In this document: piece by piece, positions 1-6,644 of the stretch
Numbering within the stretch: the first letter of the stretch is position 1
Layout: the number at the start of each line of letters is the position of its first letter
Assembly (NCBI GenBank): GCA_046758705.1
Contig: JBHIAT010000105.1
Location: forward strand, 1 to 12,769
Origin: Candidatus Bipolaricaulia bacterium
GTDB lineage: Bacteria > Bipolaricaulota > Bipolaricaulia > JBHIAT01
Direction: 5' to 3'
DNA length: 12,769 nt
Position numbers and translations under genes: made by a program
Notes under the pieces: generated by a model
What the model saw: the letters and a program-made list of their open reading frames with translations, nothing else
Told to the model about the DNA's origin: nothing
Databases searched by the model: none

Positions 1-3
1 ATC

Positions 4-996
4 GTGCTCGTGGATCACGAGCGGTGGTTCGATCGCCAGGCGGTCGGCCTGCTCGACAGTTCGTTCCGCTCCATCATCGAGGTGACCGGACCCGACCGCA
101 TCTCGTTCGTTCACGGGTTAACCACCAACGACGTCGCGTCGCTTGAGGCCGGCGATGGTTGCTATGCCGCGATGACGACCGCACAAGCCAGGATGATCGC
201 CGATCTCCGTGTCTATATCTTCCCTGATCTCCTGTGGTTGGACTGCCTCGGGGAGTTGAACGAAACGGTCATGGAGATACTCGACCGATCCATTATCAGC
301 GAACAGGTCGAACTCCGCAATCGAGGCGCAGAACTGGCGATCCTGTCGTTTCAGGGCCCCCGGGCGGCCGATGAGCTCACCGATCGGCTGGGGAAACCGC
401 TTCCACCGCTCAAGGGGTTCCAACACTTCGACACCGGGATCGATGGACTGTCGGTGGAGATCATTCGACACGATCAAACGGGGGAGACGGGCTTCGATCT
501 CGTTGTGGCTCGGGACGATGCGCCGGCCCTATGGCAGAAGCTGAGGAGCACCGAACCCTCGGTGACACCTGTGGGCATGCACGCCCTCAACCTGCTGCGT
601 GTCGAGGCGGGGATTCCGTGGTTCGGGATCGACATGGATCAGACCCGCCTGCCGATAGAGGCGGATCTGGAAGAGCGGGCCATCAGCTACACCAAGGGCT
701 GCTACATCGGTCAGGAGATCATCGCCCGGGTGAAGGCCTACGGTGAGGTAGGCAAAAAGCTTCGTGGCCTGGTGATCGAGGGAGCCGCTCCCCCACCCGT
801 GGCCAGCAAGATCTTTAAGGAGGACCAGGAGATCGGTTGGATCACCAGCAGCATCTACTCCCCGGCACTAGACCGGCCGATCGCGCTCGCCTATATACGC
901 CGGGGCCATAACGATCCCGGTACCCCGGTCGTAGTTCGCAATGCCGAAGCCGATCCGATACTCGCCGAGGTCGTCACGCTCCCCTTCTACCGCTAG
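4..996 (+). CDS. ygfZ: YgfZ/GcvT-family folate-binding aminomethyltransferase-like protein (Fe-S cluster assembly/repair associated); 5' end may lie outside the window
   Basis: Contains the YgfZ signature KGCYIGQE plus GcvT-like segments IEVTGPDRISFVHGLTTNDV, SFQGPRA, TGETGFDL, LRVEAGIPWFG and IGWITSSIYSPAL, and ends VVTLPFY. The frame is open from base 1, so the start is uncertain. Confidence 0.85.
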   Translation: MLVDHERWFDRQAVGLLDSSFRSIIEVTGPDRISFVHGLTTNDVASLEAGDGCYAAMTTAQARMIADLRVYIFPDLLWLDCLGELNETVMEILDRSIISEQVELRNRGAELAILSFQGPRAADELTDRLGKPLPPLKGFQHFDTGIDGLSVEIIRHDQTGETGFDLVVARDDAPALWQKLRSTEPSVTPVGMHALNLLRVEAGIPWFGIDMDQTRLPIEADLEERAISYTKGCYIGQEIIARVKAYGEVGKKLRGLVIEGAAPPPVASKIFKEDQEIGWITSSIYSPALDRPIALAYIRRGHNDPGTPVVVRNAEADPILAEVVTLPFYR

Positions 997-1001
997 ACGG
1001 G

Positions 1002-1030
1002 TTGCAGCAGTCCGACGAGTTTGATAAAAT
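1002..1030 (+). promoter_or_regulatory. Sigma70-type promoter for the ABC transporter operon
   Basis: TTGCAG (1002-1007), a 17-nt spacer and TAAAAT (1025-1030), with an extended -10 TG at 1022-1023, in an AT-rich intergenic stretch. Confidence 0.65.
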
Positions 1031-1036
1031 TAATTT

Positions 1037-1066
1037 ATGGAGGAGGTGATGTCAACGATCCAATAA
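1037..1066 (+). CDS. Candidate 9-codon upstream ORF (MEEVMSTIQ*) at the predicted transcription start
   Basis: Reads ATG GAG GAG GTG ATG TCA ACG ATC CAA TAA. The first ATG lies 6 nt after the -10 box. The second in-frame ATG (1049) is 5 nt after GGAGG (1039-1043). Confidence 0.3.
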   Translation: MEEVMSTIQ

Positions 1067-1082
1067 CCCTGAGGTACAGGGT
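1066..1082. repeat. Inverted repeat ACCCTG-N5-CAGGGT in the 5' leader
   Basis: ACCCTG (1066-1071) and CAGGGT (1077-1082) are exact reverse complements. Confidence 0.55.
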
Positions 1083-1087
1083 CTCGC

Positions 1088-1107
1088 ATACAGCGCTATA
1101 CAGCGCT
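1088..1107. repeat. Perfect 10-bp tandem repeat ATACAGCGCT x2; candidate operator
   Basis: ATACAGCGCT at 1088-1097 and 1098-1107, each with a palindromic AGCGCT core, just upstream of the RBS AAGGAGG (1115-1121). Confidence 0.6.
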
Positions 1108-1127
1108 AAAAATTAAGGAGGTTGTTC

Positions 1128-2603
1128 ATGAGAGCTAAACTGTCGATGTTGTTGGTGTTGCTCACGCTCATCACGACCCTCACCGCCATTCCTGCCTTTG
1201 CCCAGTTCAGAGGGGTAGAGGTCAACATATTGACGTTCACCGGCCCACAGATCGCCGAACCGCTCCAGCGCCGCGCCCCTGTCTTCGAAGCAATGACCGG
1301 TGCGAGGATCAACGTCATCACCGTTCCGTTCAGCGATCTATTCCAAAAGATCTTGACCGATGCGGTAACCGGGACGAACAGCTTTGATGCTTGGGTGTTC
1401 GCACCCCAGTGGATGGCAGACTTCGTTCCGGCTGAGATCATGGAAGATCTGACAGGTCGAGTCAACGCAGACTCCGCGTTGGAGTGGCAAGACATCGGTA
1501 CGTTCTTTCGTGACTTCAGTGCCACCTTTGGTGGCCGGATCTTAACCATTCCGTTAGATGGCGATTTCCAGATGGTCTACTATCGCAGTGACCTGTTGGA
1601 ACAGGCCAGTTTGACCCCGCCGGAGACGTGGCAAGAATACGTGCTCATCGCGCAGTTCTTCCATGGCAGGGATCTGAACGGAGATGGAGAACCGGACTTT
1701 GGATCCTGTATCTCCAAGAAGCGTAACGCTCAGGCCTACTGGGCGATTTGGTCCGTAGCAGGCGCCTTCCTGCAGACCCAGGGTACACAACAGGGGGCGT
1801 TCTTCGATCGATTCACCTTGAAGCCGTTGGTCAACAACGAGGCGTTCGCCGAGGTGCTTCGCATCTACAAGGAGACCACCAAGTACGGGCCACCTGACGA
1901 ACTGAACCTCGATGTGGGCGATACGCGCGGCCTGTTTACCTCCGGTCGTTGTGCCCTGTCCATCGATTGGGGAGACATCGGCCCGTTGGCCGTTGATCCG
2001 GACACTTCCGTAGTTCAGGGCAAGGTCGGCGCCGTCATCCTGCCGGGAACGACCCGGGTACTGGATCGGCGCACCGGCAAATTGGTTCTCTGCGACTCGA
2101 GCACCTGCCCATTTGCCGTGAATGGGGTCAACCACGCACCCTTTGCGGCGTTTGGAGGGTGGTCAGGCGGCATCAACTCCGGTACAGATCCCAGGGTTAA
2201 GGACGCGGCCTATGCGTTCTTCTCCTTTATGAGCCAGCCGGCTCAGGCCAACGAGGACGTCACCATCGGGATCACGGGCTTCAACCCTTATCGTATCTCG
2301 CAGTTCGAGAATCTCGATCTGTGGATCAAGGCGGGCTTCAGTCGAGATGCGGCTGTCAACTACCTCGGCGCGATTGAAGACAGCCTCAACAGCCCGAACA
2401 TGATCCTCGACCTACGTGTTCCCAGGAACCAACGCTATCAGCAGGTGATCCTCGACACGGCTATCTCACAGTTCTTGGCCGGCGAGCTCACCCTGGAAGA
2501 GACCATGGCCCAAATTGAGGAGGGCTGGGAGGAGATCACCGACGAGGAGGGCCGCCAGGCTCAACTCGAAGCCTACCTCACCAGCCTCAGTGTCCAACGA
2601 TAG
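1128..2603 (+). CDS. Carbohydrate ABC transporter substrate-binding protein (CUT1 / SBP_bac_1-like)
   Basis: RBS AAGGAGG lies 6 nt before ATG 1128, favouring this start over the TTG at 1122. Has a Sec-type signal peptide ending AFA|Q with no lipobox, and family motifs IPLDGDFQMVYYRSDLL, PPETWQEY, FTSGRCALSIDWGD and KDAAYAFFSFM. Confidence 0.92.
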   Translation: MRAKLSMLLVLLTLITTLTAIPAFAQFRGVEVNILTFTGPQIAEPLQRRAPVFEAMTGARINVITVPFSDLFQKILTDAVTGTNSFDAWVFAPQWMADFVPAEIMEDLTGRVNADSALEWQDIGTFFRDFSATFGGRILTIPLDGDFQMVYYRSDLLEQASLTPPETWQEYVLIAQFFHGRDLNGDGEPDFGSCISKKRNAQAYWAIWSVAGAFLQTQGTQQGAFFDRFTLKPLVNNEAFAEVLRIYKETTKYGPPDELNLDVGDTRGLFTSGRCALSIDWGDIGPLAVDPDTSVVQGKVGAVILPGTTRVLDRRTGKLVLCDSSTCPFAVNGVNHAPFAAFGGWSGGINSGTDPRVKDAAYAFFSFMSQPAQANEDVTIGITGFNPYRISQFENLDLWIKAGFSRDAAVNYLGAIEDSLNSPNMILDLRVPRNQRYQQVILDTAISQFLAGELTLEETMAQIEEGWEEITDEEGRQAQLEAYLTSLSVQR

Positions 2604-2627
2604 ACTTAGCCAGTTGAAGCGCGTCTA

Positions 2628-2664
2628 CCTCAAGGCTCGACTCGCACCGGGTCGAGCCTTGAGG
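2628..2664 (+). terminator. Strong stem-loop between the binding-protein gene and the first permease (mRNA stabiliser or partial terminator)
   Basis: CCTCAAGGCTCGAC (2628-2641) and GTCGAGCCTTGAGG (2651-2664) form a perfect 14-bp stem, extendable by 2 pairs, followed by the imperfect U-tract ACTCTTTCTGTTT. Confidence 0.75.
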
Positions 2665-2686
2665 ACTCTTTCTGTTTGAACGGGTG

Positions 2687-3802
2687 ATGACGTTGCAAAG
2701 ACAATTGCATTACCTCACCACTCGAGCGGATCGCCAGGCGGGCAGAGTCTTTGTGCTCCCTGCTGTTCTCATCATACTCCTGTTATCGATCTTCCCGTTG
2801 GTCGCCTCTCTTTCTCTATCATTCTCCCGCCTCCGGTTCGTCAGGGGTGGGTTTACGACCAAATTCGTCGGCGTGTCACACTATCGCAAATTGCTGTTCG
2901 GCACCCAGAAAAAGCATTTCTTGGGTGTGTTCGCCGACCCGTCACCGGTGGGCTGGCTGATCTTCGCCGTCATCGCTGCACTGTTGGTCTTCTTCCTGGT
3001 GCGATCTTTGCGCCGAGAACGGTTTACGATCGGGAGGTTTTCCTGGCGTGTGGTGACCACCGTCGTGGTCCTGTCAATCGTCCTGTTGCTGGTCCAGACG
3101 GTCAATTCAGCAGGTCGGCCCGGGACGCTCGGCGTCACGTTGATCTACGTTTTCGTCGGCATATTTTTTCAGTACTTGCTAGGGCTTGGACTGGCTTTGC
3201 TTGCTGTACAGCGCCTCCCGGGTCGGCGGTTCTTTCGCACCGTCTTTTTGCTGCCGATGATGATCACACCAGTGGGCATCGCTTACCTGTTCCGCATGCT
3301 GACCGATACGGATAAGGGACCGCTCAACCCGATCTGGCAGGGGTTAGGACTGGCCAACTTCTCGTGGGTCACCAATCCTTGGGGCGCGCGCGCCGCCGTG
3401 ATGATCGGTGACCTGTGGCAATGGACCCCGTTTATGTTCATCGTGCTGCTCGCCGCGTTAGAAAGTCGATCGACCGATCAACTTGAAGCCGCTTGGGTGG
3501 ACGGCGCCAACCGATGGCAGAGCTTTCGGTATATCACCGTGCCCCAGATCTTGCCGGTCAGTGCCACCCTCATCTTGATTCGCATGATCGAAGCGTTCAA
3601 GATTGTAGACCTGCCCAACATTCTGACCAACGGAGGTCCGGGCACTGCCACCGAGTCCATGACGTTACATTCGTTCTTCGTCTGGCGAACCCTTGACGTG
3701 GGAGGATCCGCAGCCATTGCCTATATGTTGCTCTTTGTTGTGACCTTGATCGCATTGTCCTACTTCAATCTCATTTATAGCAAAGTGATGGAGAGACGAT
3801 AA
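2687..3802 (+). CDS. Carbohydrate ABC transporter permease (MalF/UgpA-like) with an internal hydrophobic insertion
   Basis: Motifs FVLPAVLIILLLSIFPL, FLLPMMITPV, DLWQWTPFMF, the EAA loop QLEAAWVDGANRWQSFRYITVP and LTNGGPGTATE. Start is GTG 2684 or ATG 2687. Confidence 0.92.
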   Translation: MTLQRQLHYLTTRADRQAGRVFVLPAVLIILLLSIFPLVASLSLSFSRLRFVRGGFTTKFVGVSHYRKLLFGTQKKHFLGVFADPSPVGWLIFAVIAALLVFFLVRSLRRERFTIGRFSWRVVTTVVVLSIVLLLVQTVNSAGRPGTLGVTLIYVFVGIFFQYLLGLGLALLAVQRLPGRRFFRTVFLLPMMITPVGIAYLFRMLTDTDKGPLNPIWQGLGLANFSWVTNPWGARAAVMIGDLWQWTPFMFIVLLAALESRSTDQLEAAWVDGANRWQSFRYITVPQILPVSATLILIRMIEAFKIVDLPNILTNGGPGTATESMTLHSFFVWRTLDVGGSAAIAYMLLFVVTLIALSYFNLIYSKVMERR

Positions 3803-3806
3803 AGAG

Positions 3807-4835
3807 ATGAAAAGACTGTTTCGACGAAAGTCGCTTCAATCCATGTCTCCTGCAGCCATGGCGTTGTCATACCTGGCACTCGGCGCATGGGCGTTCGTCG
3901 TGCTCTTTCCGCTGTACTGGCTGGTGGTCACTTCGCTGAAGATTCCCCTCGACGTGAACCAAGGTCCTTTCTATGTGCCATTCGCCGATTTCAAACCCTC
4001 ATCTCATGCCTGGAACTACATCTTCGTCGATCTGGGCAACGATACGCTGAGGCCTTACATTAACACCGTGATCATCTCCCTCGTCAGTTCGGCACTGACC
4101 CTGATGCTGGGGACGGCGGCGGCCTATGGCTTGACGCGCTTCCAGTACCGGCCGCGCATCGGTGCGATCTTCACCTTCATCGGTTCTGTTGCCCTGGCCA
4201 TCATCTTCATGCGGTACGGTCGAGTCCCCTGGCCAGGGGCCGTGATCGCCGCAGGCGCAATTTTCATCGTGGCGTTGCAGACGATCGGCCGGCGGTTTAA
4301 GCGCTCCTTAGCTAACAAAGATATCGCCTTTTGGATGATCTCTACACGCATCTTGCCGCCGGTGGTGGTCGTGCTCCCCATCTACGTCTTGTTCCAACGA
4401 CTCGGTCTGCTCGATACACGGACCGCTTTGATCATCACTTATATCGCCGTTAATCTACCGATCGTGGTCTGGCTCATGCGAGACTACTTTATGGATATTC
4501 CCGTCGATGTGGAAGAGTCTGCGGCCATCGATGGAGCATCGCGTTATCGAATCTTCTGGTCCATCGTTCTGCCCCTTGCAGTCCCGGGGCTGGTGGCCAC
4601 CTTCTTGCTGGTCGTGGTTTTCTCCTGGAACGAGTATCTGCTTGCCCTATTCCTCTCCAGTGCAGATGCTCAAACCATGCCCCTTTTGGTGGCCGCGATG
4701 AATGCCACCCGAGGTCCTCAGTGGTGGTACATGTCTGTTGTCATCTTAATCATGATCGTTCCGGTGATCGCCATGGCCATGGCTTTGGAACGATACATTT
4801 CTCGTGGACTGTTGGTCGGAGCGATCAAAGGTTGA
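3807..4835 (+). CDS. Carbohydrate ABC transporter permease (MalG/UgpE-like) with an internal hydrophobic insertion
   Basis: Motifs LFPLYWLVVTSLK, AAYGLTRF, the EAA loop VEESAAIDGASRYRIFWSIVLP and FSWNEYLLALFL, ending GLLVGAIKG. Confidence 0.92.
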   Translation: MKRLFRRKSLQSMSPAAMALSYLALGAWAFVVLFPLYWLVVTSLKIPLDVNQGPFYVPFADFKPSSHAWNYIFVDLGNDTLRPYINTVIISLVSSALTLMLGTAAAYGLTRFQYRPRIGAIFTFIGSVALAIIFMRYGRVPWPGAVIAAGAIFIVALQTIGRRFKRSLANKDIAFWMISTRILPPVVVVLPIYVLFQRLGLLDTRTALIITYIAVNLPIVVWLMRDYFMDIPVDVEESAAIDGASRYRIFWSIVLPLAVPGLVATFLLVVVFSWNEYLLALFLSSADAQTMPLLVAAMNATRGPQWWYMSVVILIMIVPVIAMAMALERYISRGLLVGAIKG

Positions 4836-4847
4836 TCCCCCTCCCTC

Positions 4848-4856
4848 TGATAGAAT
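4848..4856 (+). promoter_or_regulatory. Extended -10 promoter element TGaTAGAAT, probably driving a leaderless AKR-lactonase transcript
   Basis: TG-A-TAGAAT at 4848-4856, 7 nt before ATG 4864. No Shine-Dalgarno is present; the upstream sequence is pyrimidine-rich (CCCCCTCCCTC). Confidence 0.5.
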
Positions 4857-4863
4857 GTCAGAC

Positions 4864-5820
4864 ATGATCTACAGAACGTTAGGAAACACAGGCCTGAAGG
4901 TTTCCGTGCTTGGATTTGGAGCATCACCGCTCGGCAATGAATTCAGCGTGATCGACCCCCAAGAGGGAGACCGGGCGGTTCATTATGCCATAGAAAGAGG
5001 GATCAACTATCTCGACGTTTCACCCTATTACGGCCGAACGCTGGCCGAAACACGACTGGGACAAGCCCTCGTCGGACATCGACACAAAATCATCCTGGCC
5101 ACCAAAGCCGGACGTTACGACAGAGAAAATTTCGATTTCTCGGCCGAGCGCATCATCCGATCGGTGGAAGAGAGTCTCTCCCGATTGAAAACGGATTACA
5201 TTGATCTGTTCCAGGCCCATGATATCGAATTCGGAAACAAATCACAGATCATCGACGAGACTCTGCCGGCGATGCACAAGCTGAAGCGATCGGGAAAAGT
5301 TCGATTCGTGGGCATCACCGGCTATCCACTCCATATACTGAAGGACGTGTCCGAGGCCGCCGAGGTTGACACGATCCTGTCGTACTGTCGTTATAACCTG
5401 ATGGACACGTCCATGGACGATGTTTTGACACCAGTAGCCAAACGAAACGACATTGGGTTAATCAACGCCTCGCCCCTGCACATGGGCGTTCTAACCGAGC
5501 TAGGGGCGCCAGACTGGCATCCAGCCCCCAAAAAGGTCGTCGAGGTCGGGCGACAGGTAGCTCACTACTGTCGGAGCCGAGGTGTAGACATCGCAGAGCT
5601 GGCGTTGCAATTCACCCTGGCTCACGATGCCGTCGCCACCACCCTGGTGGGCATGAGCAAGGTTACACATGTCGATAGAAATGTCAAAGCCGTGGGGGTT
5701 GCCCCAGATCCCCAACTGCTTAGCGAAATGTTGGAGATGATCGAGCCGGTCGCGGACGTTTGTTGGAAAGAGGGACGTCCAGAGAACCATGATCCCAGCG
5801 CTGTAGAAAAACAATCATGA
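4864..5820 (+). CDS. Aldo/keto reductase, L-galactose dehydrogenase / L-fucose (D-arabinose) dehydrogenase-like
   Basis: The N-terminus MIYRTLGNTGLKVSVLGFGASPLG closely resembles L-galactose dehydrogenases. Catalytic tetrad residues appear in DVSPYYG (D, Y), ATKAGRY (K) and QAHDIEF (H), with GITGYPL and INASPL. The family-like N-terminus favours ATG 4864 over the GTG at 4804. Confidence 0.85.
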   Translation: MIYRTLGNTGLKVSVLGFGASPLGNEFSVIDPQEGDRAVHYAIERGINYLDVSPYYGRTLAETRLGQALVGHRHKIILATKAGRYDRENFDFSAERIIRSVEESLSRLKTDYIDLFQAHDIEFGNKSQIIDETLPAMHKLKRSGKVRFVGITGYPLHILKDVSEAAEVDTILSYCRYNLMDTSMDDVLTPVAKRNDIGLINASPLHMGVLTELGAPDWHPAPKKVVEVGRQVAHYCRSRGVDIAELALQFTLAHDAVATTLVGMSKVTHVDRNVKAVGVAPDPQLLSEMLEMIEPVADVCWKEGRPENHDPSAVEKQS

Positions 5821-6644
5821 AGGTCGACGCGCATCAACACTTCTGGCACTATACGCCGGAAGCATACGACTGGATCGGCCCAGATATGAAAATTCTCAAA
5901 CAGGATTTTCTGCCTGATGACCTGGCTCCACTGTTGGCATCGGCAGGCATCGAGGGAACGGTTGCGGTCCAAGCCCGCCAGACCCTGGAGGAAACCAACT
6001 GGCTACTGGAATTAGCCGATCGGTATCCGTTCATCAACGGGGTCGTCGGTTGGGTAGACTTACGCAACCCCGAGCTCCGTGGACAACTGGAACGTTTTTG
6101 CGCACATCCCAAGTTCCGCGGCGTTCGCCATGTCGTGCAAGACGAGCTTGACGACCGATTTATGCTGCGTGAGGATTTTATCCAGGGCCTGGAGACGCTC
6201 TCAGAGTTCGATCTGGCTTACGATATCCTGATCTTTCCCCGACACCTGCCTGTGGCCTATGAGTTGGTAGAGAAGTTTCCAGAGCAACGCTTTGTGCTGG
6301 ATCACATCACTAAACCCCCCATTAAGGATGGGAAGCTGATGCCATGGGCCGCGGATATTCGGCGTCTGGCGGCGTTTCCCAATGTCTTCTGCAAGGTCTC
6401 CGGAATGGTGACTGAGGCTGACTGGAAAGCCTGGAAGCCCGATGATTTTCGCCCGTATCTCGACGTCGTCTTCGAGGCGTTTGGCCCCCGGCGCATCATG
6501 TTCGGATCCGATTGGCCGGTCTGCACGTTGGCAGGCACGTATACCGATGTGGCCCAGATCGTCTCCGATTACGTCGAGCAGTTCTCAACCGAAGAACAGG
6601 CTAATATTTGGGGCGAAACCGCCACGAGATTCTACCGATTATGA
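5817..6644 (+). CDS. Amidohydrolase_2-family sugar lactonase (L-fucono-/L-galactono-1,5-lactonase-like)
   Basis: Motifs DAHQHFW (HxH), GVVGWVDL, GVRHVVQ, FVLDHITKP, CKVSGMVTEADW and RIMFGSDWPV. ATGA overlap with the AKR stop. Confidence 0.88.
   Translation: MKVDAHQHFWHYTPEAYDWIGPDMKILKQDFLPDDLAPLLASAGIEGTVAVQARQTLEETNWLLELADRYPFINGVVGWVDLRNPELRGQLERFCAHPKFRGVRHVVQDELDDRFMLREDFIQGLETLSEFDLAYDILIFPRHLPVAYELVEKFPEQRFVLDHITKPPIKDGKLMPWAADIRRLAAFPNVFCKVSGMVTEADWKAWKPDDFRPYLDVVFEAFGPRRIMFGSDWPVCTLAGTYTDVAQIVSDYVEQFSTEEQANIWGETATRFYRL

Noticed and set aside
6..22. Hairpin GCTCGTG-GAT-CACGAGC and an atypical first ~10 residues of YgfZ
   Set aside because: It sits at the window edge, so chance, a leader structure and a contig-end artefact cannot be told apart.
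4804..4863. N-terminal extension of the AKR from GTG 4804
   Set aside because: It overlaps the permease 3' end, family similarity starts at MIYRTLG, and a promoter-like element occupies the gap.
5796..5805. CAGCGCTGTA resembling the 1088-1107 repeat core
   Set aside because: It lies inside AKR coding sequence (PSAV) with no nearby promoter and is short enough to arise by chance.
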